A program made the translations under genes and the position numbers. Source: Spirochaetia bacterium (GTDB lineage: Bacteria; Spirochaetota; Spirochaetia; DSM-16054; Sediminispirochaetaceae). From it: a DNA stretch of 64,000 bases. Numbering within the stretch: position 1 is the stretch's first letter; every line of letters starts with the position of its first letter. Positions 51,025-63,006 of the stretch are shown here, in pieces. A model generated the notes under the pieces. That model worked only from the letters and a program-made list of their open reading frames with translations, did not search any database and was not told the DNA's origin. The stretch is taken from positions 640,001-704,000 of the forward strand of contig JAXHMY010000001.1 of assembly GCA_034520965.1 (NCBI GenBank), in the 5' to 3' direction.

Positions 51025-53505
51025 AGCGGAGATTCGATTTAAGTACAAAAACCAACTTGCCAGGGGCCGCATATTCAAAGGCGCCCGGAACCGGCGCCGA
51101 CCGTCCCAGGCAGCGGGGCTGCGAAACTGCAGGCCCGAATCATAGTACAGGGTATGTACCAACGCACCTGCAACCTTACCGGCCTCCCGCGGGAGGCCGT
51201 AAAAATCCAGCATCCCCGTATAAGCCCAGGCCGATCCCACTATCACTTCGCCCAGCTGCAGATCCTCTCCCCCGTCCCGGACATACTCTTCTCCCGACGG
51301 ATTAGAAACTAAAAGCGGCCCCACCCGCCCTTTTTCGTAACCACAATAGTTGTGCCGGTACACCGCCAGCAGATGACTGCGAATCCTATCTGTCGGCAGC
51401 ACATGCAAACCGGCCAGTTCGGCCAGGTAAGGTCCAAACAGGGCATCTGTCTGCAGCGCTTCTTTGTATTTTCCTTGGCTGCAGCTGTTAAAATATGCAC
51501 CATTCCACAGCTCCCGCTGAAAGGCTGCCGTCGCCAAGCGCAGGAGCCGGCGGTACTTGGTCGCTTTGCCGGTATCAAATTCGTCGCTGAGGGCGGCCAT
51601 CACCGCTAATGCGGCTATCGAGAGGCCTCCGCTGTAAGCGCCTATCCCGCTCAGGGATAGAGCGTCCCAGGTTGAATCACCAAACTCGCCATGCTCCGGC
51701 AAGCCGTCTCCGTCGTGATCCTGTCCAATCATGTGATCCGCCGCCCGAACAAGAATCTCCCACTCTCCCCGCTCGATTTTACGACCGCTGCAGCGGCAAA
51801 ACAGGTAGAAGCTTGCAATAAAAGCCGGATTATGGTCGAGCCACACATTTGGATCATCCCTCCAGGAATATCCGTTCAGATCATGCCAGGGATCTTCCAT
51901 TGCGCTGCCCAAATCATGGGGAATCTTCCCCGCCTTAAGCACCCGGCGCCGCTCGGCGGGCCGGTAAATCATACGAGTGGTCTCATCCTGCAGGTCTACC
52001 GCCCGCAGGTAATCATCAAACACGCTCCCGGCTAATCTCGGCCATCCCGATAAAAAAGCCGGAAAAGCGTACACCCAAAGATCGAAGGTGTTGTAATAGT
52101 AATAACCGGTATCAAAGCCCTCTAACAGGGCAAAATGAGGCCCATCCCCCAGAACGGGGACGGCCTCTCCGTTGGCGCCCGACACCCAAGCCGTACCGCC
52201 TCCCATTAAAAAATACAGGTCGTTTATCAGTGCCCCGCTAATACTCATATCTTGATTTTCAAAAGCCAGTCGCTGCTGAATCTGCTGCTGCCACTTTTCG
52301 ATACGCCCTTGCCACTCATCCCTGTGGGCAATTGCAAAGGCTGCAATATCTGCGGCATTGCGTCCGTTGCCGCCGAACTGACTATAGTAGGCCCGCCTCC
52401 AGCTTCGCTCTCCGCCGAACTTAATAATCGGTAAATCGTGGACCAGTAAAAAATGGGCAGGCACAGTGCCCTGTGCCTGCACCGTGCTGCGGCTCGCCAC
52501 CGCTGAGCCAATCCCTCGTGGCAGCGGGCGGTCCAACTTTCCTCACTTTCCGGCAGGGAGCCGTGGTCGGCAAAATACTTCACCACCCAGGGAAAAGTAT
52601 ACCGCTGCGCTTCGGGGGCGGCGCCGGTTCCATTCGCCTCAGTCTTAAAGGTAAGTTCCCTGGAAAAGACAGTCTTTGGAGCACCTCTGCGGAGATCGTT
52701 TTCATTGTCAATCTCATCATCATTAGAGTAGGCACAAAGAAGAACCTCGCCCTCCATATCACGCTCCACCGGCCTATCAGGATTTCTGGTTTGCAGCACC
52801 ACGCTGCTGAGAAGCGAGGTACTAGGAAGCTTGGTGCTGAGACCATCTACCCCTGAGAATGAAACTGAGGACGAAACTTCGGCGGGCAGATTGATATTGC
52901 CGTAGTTACTGCCGGGCGGGCCATGAACAGACCGTCTGCTGTTCAGTTGCATCCAGGGCTTGCCGACGGCCAAGCTGATTCGGCCAAAAAAGGGCCATTC
53001 CGGTTTCGAGCTCAGAATCAGTACGGTTATGGAGCTCTACATCGATATACATTACCGGGAGCGCCGCTGCTCCGGGATTCTCCGGGACAATGGGAGAAAA
53101 AAACCGTATATACAGGTCAATCGGCATATCGGCAGTTGAGTAGTGTTCAATTGTAAAAGGGAACAGGACCCCAACTTGCAGCTGGGATTGTTTCATCGCC
53201 TGCACTCCCTCCACTTCAGGGTCCTGCATCGACAGCACCCGGCATTGGGAGGGCCGGCCCTTTACCTTCCACCAAACCAGCAGAGCCGCTGCGGGAATAT
53301 CGCGACAGGCATGATACCCCGGCTGTAGATGCCACCGATTAAAGCTGCCGGTTAAACTGCGGCTGAACGCCGGAGCTCCTATACCGCCATAGAAGGGTCC
53401 ACTGGAAGGTCCGTCATCATGAGAACCCGGCTTGGGAGTGTAAGCGCTGAGACACTGTCCAAGTTTTATGTAATGCTTAAAGTTGAGCGCAAGATCCATC
53501 CGCAT
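51013..53505 (-). CDS. GH116 (GBA2-like) glycoside hydrolase, two frameshifts (~52920, ~52520)
   Basis: GGIGA...G.FNRWHL N-terminal domain; YNTFD, PHDLG, D.DGDGLPE, STWD, LQFRSPAAW...MRPLASW. Confidence 0.85.
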
Positions 53506-53519
53506 CGCCCCTCACGCAC

Positions 53520-53559
53520 ACAGCCCCGGCATCATTCAATTTGGTAATACCGGGGCTGT
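53520..53559 (-). terminator. Hairpin after gdhA
   Basis: ACAGCCCCGG...CCGGGGCTGT; no clear U-tract. Confidence 0.4.
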
Positions 53560-53576
53560 ATATGTACAACTTATTT

Positions 53577-54942
53577 TTACACGTACCCCTGATCGATCAT
53601 AGCCTGGGCTACCTTAATGAAGCCTGCAATATTCGCCCCGTCCACATAGTTATGGGGTTCACTGTAACGTTCGGCATGTTCAACACTCATACTGTGAATT
53701 CGGGTCATAATCTTCAGCAGTTCATCGTCAACCTTTTGGCGGGACCATGCAATCCGTGATCCGTTCTGTGCCATCTCCAGCCCCGACACTGCTACACCCC
53801 CGGCGTTGGCTGCCTTCGCTGGGGCATACAGAATTCCCTTGTCCAAGAATAGATCAACCCCTTCTATGCGGGTCGGCATGTTAGCCCCCTCTGCCACAAG
53901 GGTCACACCATTGTTTATTAGATTCTGGGCATCTGTTAGGTTAATCTCATTTTGGGTTGCACAGGGAAACGCGCATTCAGCAGCGTGATTCCAAAGCGGA
54001 TTTTGCTCACTTACATCCGGGTTATGGTGGTACTCGGCATTTGGATATTTTTCCTTGTACTCTCCAATTCGGCCGCGTCGGAAGTTCTTTAACTCCTTCA
54101 CAAATTCCAACTTTTCCTGATCAATGCCGTCACCGTCAAATATATAACCGGAAGAGTCTGAGAGCGTGACAACCTTTGCACCTAGTTCCAACAGCTTCTC
54201 TACTGTAAACTGGGCTACATTTCCCGAGCCGGAAACCAAACAGGTTTTTCCTTCAAAGCTCTCTTCTCTTGTCTCCAGCATTCTGGCAGCGAAATAGACT
54301 AATCCGTAACCGGTTGCCTCAGGTCGCAGGAAAGAGCCGCCCCACCCGGTACCTTTCCCGGTTAAGGAGCCGGTAAATTGATTCTTTAGACGTTTATATT
54401 GTCCAAAAAGATACCCAATTTCACGCCCTCCAACTCCTATATCACCGGCCGGAACATCAGTGGTTTCCCCGATATGCCTATAGAGCTCACTCATAAAACT
54501 CTGACAGAAGCGCATTACCTCAAGGTCGCTTTTACCCTTCGGATCAAAATCTGAACCGCCTTTTCCTCCGCCTAAACTGAGGCTGGTGAGACTGTTTTTA
54601 AACACCTGTTCGAAAGCTAGAAACTTCATAATGCTTAAATTCACCGAGGGGTGAAACCGCAGCCCGCCCTTATACGGACCGATGGCACTGCTCATCTCAA
54701 CCCGATAGCCCCGGTTAATCTGCAGCTGCTCATTTTCATCGACCCAAGGAACTCTAAACATGACCACCCGCTCGGGCTCGGTCATCCGTTCGAGTACCTT
54801 GTGATAGATAAAATCAGGGAACGAATCCATTACTTTTTCAATCGACCGGAACACCTCTGTAACCGCCTGATGAAATTCCATCTCGTGCGGATTTTGCTGC
54901 ACGGTTGAGTTTAGAATTGGTTCAATGCTGACAAGGAAACAT
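53577..54942 (-). CDS. gdhA: NADP-specific glutamate dehydrogenase; ATG at 54942 is one base out of frame
   Basis: GPYKGGLRFHPSVN, GGGKGG, DVPAGDIGVG, RPEATGYG, SGSGNVA, KAANAGGVA. Confidence 0.96.
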
Positions 54943-55087
54943 TACGCCCACCCTTTCGTTTCTATCTGTAGTATCAATAGATTACAAAAAAAATATATCT
55001 TTTTAAAGCGGGAAAATGGGATAGTAGAGTTAATTAAGGAAAAGTATTTTACTCATTATTCACGATATCAAATATAGTTTAATTTAC

Positions 55088-55116
55088 TTAACAAATTAGA
55101 TTTTTGTAGGTATAAT
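55088..55116 (+). promoter_or_regulatory. Putative sigma70 promoter
   Basis: TTAACA-17 bp-TATAAT. Confidence 0.6.
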
Positions 55117-55151
55117 GGAACATACTATTTGTCTAATTGGGAGGATGAGGA

Positions 55152-56627
55152 ATGCATACCGGTAGAAATATTAAAGCCATGCGTGAGGCTAAATCAATCA
55201 GTAGAGATACCCTTGCAGAGGAAGTGGGTAAAGAACCGCAGTTTATTGAGCAAATTGAAGAACATGAATATGAGGCACCTATTTCAGTACTGCTGAAAAT
55301 TGCATCGGTATTGGGGACGGACATATCCGCCCTTATTTATGGAAAAGAGTTTCAAGAAAAGTCGGTCATAGTCACCGATAAGAATTCACGGATGAAGGTA
55401 GAGCGAAAACGAGATTTCGATTATGAAAATCTGGCACCCTACTACAGCGGGCGCCACATGGAGCCTTTTCTGGTCGATGTATACCCTGTCAAAGACGATA
55501 CCCTCGAATACTCAACCCATGAAGGTGAGGAATTCCACTATGTGATGGAGGGAGCTCTGCGAATTATAGTCGATGGAAAGGAACACCGGCTCAATCAGGG
55601 GGACTCAATCTATTTTGATTCCTCTCTACCCCACGCCCTTTCAGCAATTGGTGACAAAGCCAAACTCTTAGCAGCTATTTATCATTCTACCTCAATGTCC
55701 CATGTCACCCGCAGCCAAAAAATGAACGATCTGATCACAGCCGCCCGACACCTCGGCGGTATGAAGGTCGTCATAGTAGTCCCTAACGAGACCGCGGTAG
55801 AAGCGGTAAACCGGGCCATCGAAGAACAGGTAATCAGCGAGGCCCTGCTGGTCGGCAACAGTGCAGAATTACCGGCTGAGTATAAATCCCACAAAGATCG
55901 TTACCAGATAATTGATGTTGAAGCTGGTGAGAATTTTGAGATGCGCTGTGCTCAAAAGGCGGTAGAACTTATCCGGGCCGGTGAAGGTCACATGATGATG
56001 AAGGGCAATATAAATACTGCGGTTTTCATGAAAGCCGTTTTAAATAAGGAAAAGGGAATTGGTTCCGGCCGCCGCCTCTCATTAGTCAGTATTTTTGAAC
56101 TGCCGAAACTTAGTCGTCTGGTATTCCTTACAGATCCCGGTATCAATCCGGCACTCACTGGAAAAAAAGATATAAAAACAAGCAAGGATATCATCCTCAA
56201 TGCGATTGATGTAGCCAAAAGCATGGGGGTTCACCGTCCGAAGGTGGCCATCCTGGATGCAAATGAAGTGCCCTCGGAAAAGGTTCCCTCCAGCATGATA
56301 GCAAAAGAGCTGTCGGAGATGGAGTGGGCGGACGCGGAGGTGTACGGCCCCCTCTCGTATGACCTGGCGCTCTACGAGGAGTCGGCCCTGCATAAGGGAA
56401 TTACCGACAATCCGGTAGCCGGTAAAGCCGATATTCTGATCGTACCCCATATCTCCGGGGGAAATTTCTTATACAAAGCCTGGGCAATGACTATGTCTGC
56501 GGATGTAGCCAATGTGGTCTTGGGAGCGCAGGTACCACTTATTATTACCAGCCGCAGCGATAATGATTTGACCAAGTTCCTTACTTTATGCGCCAGCGCG
56601 GTCTACAGCGCCCACAAGTTTACATAA
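55152..56627 (+). CDS. XRE HTH-cupin regulator fused to a phosphate butyryl/acetyltransferase domain
   Basis: HTH (aa ~5-62), cupin HEGEEFHYV...GDSIYFDS..PH, then MMKG..NT, LTDPGIN, GPL..D.A, ADILIVP, GN.LYK, TSRSD in one frame. Confidence 0.88.
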   Translation: MHTGRNIKAMREAKSISRDTLAEEVGKEPQFIEQIEEHEYEAPISVLLKIASVLGTDISALIYGKEFQEKSVIVTDKNSRMKVERKRDFDYENLAPYYSGRHMEPFLVDVYPVKDDTLEYSTHEGEEFHYVMEGALRIIVDGKEHRLNQGDSIYFDSSLPHALSAIGDKAKLLAAIYHSTSMSHVTRSQKMNDLITAARHLGGMKVVIVVPNETAVEAVNRAIEEQVISEALLVGNSAELPAEYKSHKDRYQIIDVEAGENFEMRCAQKAVELIRAGEGHMMMKGNINTAVFMKAVLNKEKGIGSGRRLSLVSIFELPKLSRLVFLTDPGINPALTGKKDIKTSKDIILNAIDVAKSMGVHRPKVAILDANEVPSEKVPSSMIAKELSEMEWADAEVYGPLSYDLALYEESALHKGITDNPVAGKADILIVPHISGGNFLYKAWAMTMSADVANVVLGAQVPLIITSRSDNDLTKFLTLCASAVYSAHKFT

Positions 56628-56698
56628 AATAACCCCTATATAAAATTATATAGAGAATTTGACACGGCCGTATTTTCAGTCCATTATGTGAGGTTATT

Positions 56699-58786
56699 AT
56701 GGATACAACACTGACTCTCTTAATAGTTTTACTGGGCAGCGTAATGGCGCTTGTGTACGCCGCTTTCAAAACCCGTTGGATTTACGGGCAACCGGTGGAA
56801 GATGCGAAACTGAAACGAATCAGCGGTTATGTGCAGGAAGGTGCGATGGCCTTCTTGGGACGTGAGTATCGAGCTTTAATAGCATTCGTTATTGTTGTTG
56901 CACTCTCGCTGTTTTTGGCAAACCAGGGTGCATTGCGGTTCCAAGCACTGTCATTTCTGGGCGGTGCAGGGGCCTCGGCACTGGCCGGTTATATCGGCAT
57001 GAAAGTAGCCACTGCTTCAAACGGACGCACCACCCACGCTGCACAAGAGGGCATTAACCCCGCCCTCAAGATCGCCTTTAGCGGCGGAAGTGTCATGGGT
57101 ATGAGTGTCGTCGGATTAGCACTGATGGGCATCGGCCTTGTGATGCTGATAGGAGTTGTGCTGCTTGGCGACTCGATCCCGGTTATGCAGAAGACGATCC
57201 TGCCGGTGCTCTCCGGTTTCTCTCTGGGAGCCTCCTCAATGGCCCTTTTCGCCAGGGTCGGGGGCGGTATCTTTACCAAAGCCGCAGATGTAGGAGCCGA
57301 CCTAGTGGGTAAGGTAGAAGCCGGTATTCCGGAAGATGATCACCGCAATCCGGCGGTAATTGCAGATAACGTCGGTGACAATGTGGGCGATGTAGCAGGT
57401 ATGGGCGCCGACCTGTTTGAGTCTTACGTAGGTTCTATTGTAGGGTCAATGATATTGGGAGTGGCTGTTGCCGGCCCGATCGATCTGAAGTACCGCACTC
57501 TGCTGTTTCCGCTGGTATTGGCCGTTATTGGTATTATTGCCTCAATAATCGGTGTCGGCTTTGTACGCATTAAGCCTGGAAAATCACCACAAGTTGCCCT
57601 CAATGCGGGAACCTTCGGAGCCGCAGGTATCGCCGCGGTGCTGGCATTTGCGGCGGCAATTCTTGTCATCGGAGGGGCTCCAAGTACAGCCGGAAGCACG
57701 GCCGCCCTCGCAGCGAATCCTTACCGAGTTTTCTTTTCAGCCCTAGTCGGAATGGCTGCCGGGACATCATTAGGGCTACTGACTGAGTACTTTACCGGCA
57801 CTGATAAGGGACCGGTTGAAGCAATTGTACGGGCCAGCGAAACCGGCACCGCAACCAACATTATCACCGGAATCGGTATGGGAATGCTGTCCAGTTTCCC
57901 GTCGGTTATTTTTATAATTGTAGCCATTTTAGGCGGTTCGGCATTAGCCGGACTGTATGGAATTGCAATTGCTGCACTCGGCATGCTGATGACCCTTGGA
58001 ATTCAGTTAGCGGTAGATGCATACGGGCCCATTGCCGACAATGCCGGTGGATTAGCTGAAATGGCTGAATTTCCCCCGGAAGTACGAAAAATCACAGATA
58101 AATTGGATGCCGTGGGAAACACCACCGCCGCCATTGGAAAAGGTTTTGCTATTGGTTCGGCGGCCCTCACATCTATTATCCTTTTTACCGCTTTTCGTCA
58201 GGAAGTAGGCATTGAGGTGATCGATTTAATGGAAGTGGATGTGCTTGTGGGAGTTCTGCTTGGAGCGGTTATCCCCTATCTCTTCTCATCAATGGCGATG
58301 AACGCCATCGGCGATGCCGCCTTTACGATGATTGAAGAAGTTCGTCGACAGTTCCGAGAAAAACCCGGGATTCTGACCGAAGATGTGGAACCGGATTACC
58401 GGCGCTGTATTGATATCAGTACCAGCGCTGCATTGAAAAAAATGATGCTTCCTGGTATTGTTGCAGCAGCCACGCCGGTACTAATTGGTTTTATAGGCGG
58501 TATCCACATGTTGGCCGGTTTGCTGATTGGGGTGACTTCATCGGGCGTAGTACTTGCAATTTTCATGGCCAATACCGGTGGTGCATGGGATAATGCAAAA
58601 AAAATGATTGAAGAAAGAGAGGTTAACGGGAAAGGCTCGGATGCCCATAAAGCTTCAGTGGTTGGAGACACCGTAGGCGACCCTTTCAAAGATACCGCCG
58701 GTCCTGCACTTAACATATTAATTAAGCTAATGGCGGTAGTGTCGCTGGTAATTGCCCCGATGCTCAAGTCGTTTTTTGGAGGCTGA
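56699..58786 (+). CDS. hppA: Membrane pyrophosphatase, K+-dependent, probably Na+-translocating
   Basis: [36 protein letters not shown] indicates the K+-dependent type; ADLFESY is consistent with a Na+-PPase gate. Confidence 0.95.
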   Translation: MDTTLTLLIVLLGSVMALVYAAFKTRWIYGQPVEDAKLKRISGYVQEGAMAFLGREYRALIAFVIVVALSLFLANQGALRFQALSFLGGAGASALAGYIGMKVATASNGRTTHAAQEGINPALKIAFSGGSVMGMSVVGLALMGIGLVMLIGVVLLGDSIPVMQKTILPVLSGFSLGASSMALFARVGGGIFTKAADVGADLVGKVEAGIPEDDHRNPAVIADNVGDNVGDVAGMGADLFESYVGSIVGSMILGVAVAGPIDLKYRTLLFPLVLAVIGIIASIIGVGFVRIKPGKSPQVALNAGTFGAAGIAAVLAFAAAILVIGGAPSTAGSTAALAANPYRVFFSALVGMAAGTSLGLLTEYFTGTDKGPVEAIVRASETGTATNIITGIGMGMLSSFPSVIFIIVAILGGSALAGLYGIAIAALGMLMTLGIQLAVDAYGPIADNAGGLAEMAEFPPEVRKITDKLDAVGNTTAAIGKGFAIGSAALTSIILFTAFRQEVGIEVIDLMEVDVLVGVLLGAVIPYLFSSMAMNAIGDAAFTMIEEVRRQFREKPGILTEDVEPDYRRCIDISTSAALKKMMLPGIVAAATPVLIGFIGGIHMLAGLLIGVTSSGVVLAIFMANTGGAWDNAKKMIEEREVNGKGSDAHKASVVGDTVGDPFKDTAGPALNILIKLMAVVSLVIAPMLKSFFGG

Positions 58787-58790
58787 AAAA

Positions 58791-59579
58791 ATGGAATATA
58801 AAAAGCGTCTGTATTTAATACTACACCCTAACCTGGCCTTGGTTGGCTCACAGCTCAACCCCGAGCAGTTTGCCGACCACTATACCTCCGGCTCATCCCG
58901 GTACTACAGTGGAAAAGTAATCTTCGCCGGAATAGATGTTGATTTTCGTCATCCCTACTTTCCAATTGAAGAGATGCTGAACGAACTTGTGCCCCACGAG
59001 GACGGGAAACCAAAGGCCACCAAATTCATCTCCAGCCACCGTGTTCTCGAGCATATGGATTTTGATGCAATCCAAACGCTCCACCTGGTTAATCCGGAAG
59101 GCGATGTGCTGTCACTGGAACCGGAACCGTTCCGTTGTCCCCATGAAGAGAGTAATGAAATTCGAATCTATGCTGAGATGGCCCCTCTGCGCATGTTGGT
59201 CTTAAGCGATTATAACGTGAGGGAGTTTAGTTCTTACATCACCTCTCGTAACAATCCCAAGGGGGCCCCTTCGTTATTCTTCACCCAAATTGACCTGGAA
59301 ATTGAAAAATTTATTGAAGAGTTCGAAAAACACCCTTTTAAGGAAGCTCCAATCAAGAGTATCCACCCGTCCCGTCTGCGTGATTCATATTTGGAGCTGA
59401 AGAACTCGCCCACCAAACATACCAAGGGGCTCTGTCTCGACAGCTCAATTGATCAAAGCTCCTTCAAATATATTCGCGAAGGATTTACTTTTGCCTCGCA
59501 AAAGCAGACTAAATGCTTTTATATGCCCTCCCTAGAGGAAATAGAGCGAGATCACTACCGCTTCTGGAAGCACATGTAA
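58791..59579 (+). CDS. Hypothetical protein
   Basis: 262-aa ORF with GGAGG RBS directly after hppA. Confidence 0.8.
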   Translation: MEYKKRLYLILHPNLALVGSQLNPEQFADHYTSGSSRYYSGKVIFAGIDVDFRHPYFPIEEMLNELVPHEDGKPKATKFISSHRVLEHMDFDAIQTLHLVNPEGDVLSLEPEPFRCPHEESNEIRIYAEMAPLRMLVLSDYNVREFSSYITSRNNPKGAPSLFFTQIDLEIEKFIEEFEKHPFKEAPIKSIHPSRLRDSYLELKNSPTKHTKGLCLDSSIDQSSFKYIREGFTFASQKQTKCFYMPSLEEIERDHYRFWKHM

Positions 59580-59623
59580 GCCGGGACTAATGGTACTATA
59601 AGCAGCTCTGGGTATACTAAAAC

Positions 59624-60022
59624 CTAAATCTCACCAAGGCTCAGGTCACCGGTGATTTTAAAGGTGCGTCCATCGCGGTATACCTGCAGGTCTCTTTCAG
59701 GAAAGTGCTCTGCAAGCTTTGCCCGAATAAACTGTACCGCGTCGTCTTCGATCTCCTCTTCTTTTTCATCGGGTACATCAGACAGGGTAACCATATCGAC
59801 ATCGAGCACATACCCCCGGCCATGCTCACTACCGTATCCGGCCGTGAATGAGGCTCCCACATTAAACAGGCCGTCGGACTGCTTATTTGCAGTCTCTCCC
59901 CGTGTGGCACGGGCAGGATGCAGCGGGTACATCCTGCCGTATTTCTCTTCAAGATAATCGTCTGCAGCATCAAATACGGCTTTCAGCCTCTTATCAAATC
60001 GTGCTAAGCCATGATGTTCCAT
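59624..60022 (-). CDS. Hypothetical protein
   Basis: 132-aa ORF with RBS. Confidence 0.75.
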   Translation of the reverse strand: MEHHGLARFDKRLKAVFDAADDYLEEKYGRMYPLHPARATRGETANKQSDGLFNVGASFTAGYGSEHGRGYVLDVDMVTLSDVPDEKEEEIEDDAVQFIRAKLAEHFPERDLQVYRDGRTFKITGDLSLGEI

Positions 60023-60068
60023 TCACCTTACTCCTCTATCTGCATTTAAAGTAGTAAATACCGGCGTG

Positions 60069-60953
60069 TTAGGCAACCTTCATGGCAGCCCACTTTTTCC
60101 ACTGGTACCACTGCTCCGGAAAACGGCTGACATATTTCTGCCAGAGATACAGAGCCCGGACGGAGGTTTTGTTGGCCGCACTGCCGTTATTTATCGGCTC
60201 GCAAATAAGGGTATAACGATTGGCTGCATCCCTTTTAAGAAACACCCCCACCACAGGAGCGCCTGAACGCTGCGCCATCAGGTCGAGGGTATTGTCGAAA
60301 AAGAGTGTCTTGCCGAACAGTCGAATTGTGCGTCCCTTCTTTTTTCTCCATACATCAACCTCATCACACTCGGTCATCAGAAATCGATTGGACTGCAGGC
60401 TTTCCAAAGCCCGACCATACACCGACTGGCCATCCGACGAACTAATCAAATCCGCCCCCAAGCGGGCGGCCCTGTTTTTCAAAGCACGGGCAAGATGCGG
60501 AGTCTGACATTCTAATATCACACTCACCGGATACCCCTTCAACGCCAGTACCCATGGTATAAATTCAACCGCTCCCCAGTGTGCGGTTACCAAAATTACG
60601 CCCTTCTGTCGCTGCAAGGCATCATTCAAAACATGTTCGTTTTGAATGCTGAACCGCCTATCTACCAATCGCTGGATATCCTCAACATCTTTAAATGCCG
60701 AGTACATTTTTTCAAAGTAATGGGTAAAAATTCCGTTAAAGGTACTTCTATAAATCCGGCGCAGCTCCCGATCTGTTTTGCCCTGCATCATATCCCGAAT
60801 GTTACGCTCAATCAGGTGCTTCTCCTTCCGGCGGACCATATAGTAGAGCTTTCCGACAAGCTGCATGTACACATACCCCGCGCCATACGGCAGCATCCTG
60901 AATAGAAACACATTCCACCTCAACTGAAAAAATTTGGACAAGTTTAGCTTCAT
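60069..60953 (-). CDS. LpxL/HtrB-like lysophospholipid acyltransferase family protein
   Basis: GVILVTAHWGAVE (HX4E), LFGK, PEQWYQW; AAGGAGG RBS. Confidence 0.85.
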   Translation of the reverse strand: MKLNLSKFFQLRWNVFLFRMLPYGAGYVYMQLVGKLYYMVRRKEKHLIERNIRDMMQGKTDRELRRIYRSTFNGIFTHYFEKMYSAFKDVEDIQRLVDRRFSIQNEHVLNDALQRQKGVILVTAHWGAVEFIPWVLALKGYPVSVILECQTPHLARALKNRAARLGADLISSSDGQSVYGRALESLQSNRFLMTECDEVDVWRKKKGRTIRLFGKTLFFDNTLDLMAQRSGAPVVGVFLKRDAANRYTLICEPINNGSAANKTSVRALYLWQKYVSRFPEQWYQWKKWAAMKVA

Positions 60954-61108
60954 CTTACTCCTCCTTGCAGGTTGTATTTTTGAAAAAAGCCTTTTGCAGA
61001 ACAATTTTCACCTGTTAAAGAGCATCTGGCAAGCTTTTTTAAGTAGAATACAGCTAAGAAATGTGAGAAAAGAAGGGGTTATGCGCTCCCAGCGAGAGGA
61101 AGTAGAGC

Positions 61109-62998
61109 TTAATCTACAATCCTCGTTTTCACTTTGGTCTTAGGAATTTCAGATTGGATACTGCCGCCTTCCTGAAAGAGGTGTGAATACACCTGCTTAA
61201 AGGCCTTCACCACAGGGGGAGCAAACTGACTGCCGGAGAGCAGTGTAATTCGATGCAGAGCTTCTTGAGGAGTTAATCCTTTCCGATAAGGCCGGGTAGA
61301 AGTAATCGCATCATATGCATCCGCTACACTTACTATCTGCGCTTCCAGTGGAATGTTATCTCCTTCTAAACCATCAGGATAGCCAGTGCCGTCATACCAC
61401 TCATGGTGGTTACGAATTATGTACATATGATCTTTTAAGAAGCTAATGGGCTTTACAATTTCCGCGCCCTTTAAGGGGTGCTGCTTAATAATATTGTATT
61501 CCGAGGCAGTTAGATTCTTAGGTTTACGCACAATCGATTCGGAAATTCCAATTTTCCCTACGTCATGCAGCAGACAGCCAATCCGCAAATATTCTAACCG
61601 GTGTTGTTCTAAACCAAGTACCCGACCAATTCGCATGGACAATTCGGCTACCCGTTCAGAATGTCCCCGGGTATATGCATCCTTCTCTTCAATTGCCTGC
61701 ACTAAAGCCCCTACGGTGTTTACATAGCCGCTTTCTATCTCTTCCTTAAGCTGAGCCTTATGTAGCGTTTCAGCTATTGTATTGGTAAAAATGGACAATT
61801 CATCCAGGTCCCGGGGGCTTACTTTTCCCTTGCTCTTAAGACGATCCGCTCCGACAATTCCAATAACTTTGTCACCGGTTCGCAGGGGTGCAATAATGAA
61901 CGAAGAGACATCGAAATTACTCAAAATTCGGTTTGTCGGATGCAGTCCGGTCGTAATTGGATCCTGTATGTACATCGGTTTTGCTTCTTGAAAGACCCTG
62001 GCCATAATATTTTCCTTTCGGTCAATGGGTATTCGATACCCTCGCAAATGAAGTTCGATCGCTTCCGGACTATCACCGATTGCATACTTAAACTCAAGAT
62101 AACGCTCATCCTTATCAACCAGCATGATAATAGCCCGATCAAAGTCGAGCACTTCAACCATCGATTTCATTGTTGCCTTTAATATTTCTTCTGAATTGGA
62201 CTGGGAGACCAGCATATTTGAGGCGAGGTTCACCGCCCGCAGTTTCTCCACTTTGTCATACAATTCATGATTCAGTCGGTTTACCTCGTCATACTGTTTC
62301 TTCAAAGCCAGTTTATCACTCTCTATCTGTTCCAGTGCCGATAAAAGCTGGGCCTTGCGGGTTTGGAATATACTCAGCAGGTGATAAGGCCTCCAGCTCT
62401 TTGCATGAAACTGGATATTAAACTGGCAATAGGGATCGCCATTAAAGTAACAAAAGGGCTCTTCCACCTGAGCCGGTAAAAGCTTCCAGATGGTGGGTAT
62501 CGCTGAATATATCCCCTTATTAAAGCTGCAAATATCCTTCGACAGTACTCGGTTCTCCTTCCAGTGCAGCCGCACTACCGCCCGTGAGGGGGAACTGTAA
62601 ATTATTTCCATTATTTTTGTATGGTTGAACTGGGAGTTGATGTGATTGATCCGCTTCAATAATCCGGTTGGTCCGCCAAAGGTAACCAAAAAAAACTTTT
62701 GAATATAGCCAAACTCTCTTTGTTCGATTGAGTCTTTCCCAATATGGTAGGGAGCATGCGGATCGTTTAATAAGCTGCGCGCATTTTCAAAGATTTTTAC
62801 TATTAGCGCACTGGTAACCCAGTTATTTTCATCAGTTAATACCTTTTCCGGTGACTCAACAGTGCTGTAAGGCTCCGGAAGGTTGTCAAACAGATGTCCC
62901 GCTTGTTCAGGTGCCTTACTAAGCATATAGTCATACACCACCTTGATATTCAAGCAGTTTACTTCATTGTGGAGTTTTATGCTTTTTCTGTACGGCAT
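61109..62998 (-). CDS. HD-GYP phosphodiesterase with N-terminal V4R/HNOB-like domain and GAF
   Basis: C...VEEPFC..NGDPYC.F, GAF (APL...VIGIVGAD), YTRGHSERV, LHDVGK, HHEWYDGTGYP. Confidence 0.88.
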   Translation of the reverse strand: MPYRKSIKLHNEVNCLNIKVVYDYMLSKAPEQAGHLFDNLPEPYSTVESPEKVLTDENNWVTSALIVKIFENARSLLNDPHAPYHIGKDSIEQREFGYIQKFFLVTFGGPTGLLKRINHINSQFNHTKIMEIIYSSPSRAVVRLHWKENRVLSKDICSFNKGIYSAIPTIWKLLPAQVEEPFCYFNGDPYCQFNIQFHAKSWRPYHLLSIFQTRKAQLLSALEQIESDKLALKKQYDEVNRLNHELYDKVEKLRAVNLASNMLVSQSNSEEILKATMKSMVEVLDFDRAIIMLVDKDERYLEFKYAIGDSPEAIELHLRGYRIPIDRKENIMARVFQEAKPMYIQDPITTGLHPTNRILSNFDVSSFIIAPLRTGDKVIGIVGADRLKSKGKVSPRDLDELSIFTNTIAETLHKAQLKEEIESGYVNTVGALVQAIEEKDAYTRGHSERVAELSMRIGRVLGLEQHRLEYLRIGCLLHDVGKIGISESIVRKPKNLTASEYNIIKQHPLKGAEIVKPISFLKDHMYIIRNHHEWYDGTGYPDGLEGDNIPLEAQIVSVADAYDAITSTRPYRKGLTPQEALHRITLLSGSQFAPPVVKAFKQVYSHLFQEGGSIQSEIPKTKVKTRIVD

Positions 62999-63006
62999 TC
63001 GAGTAT

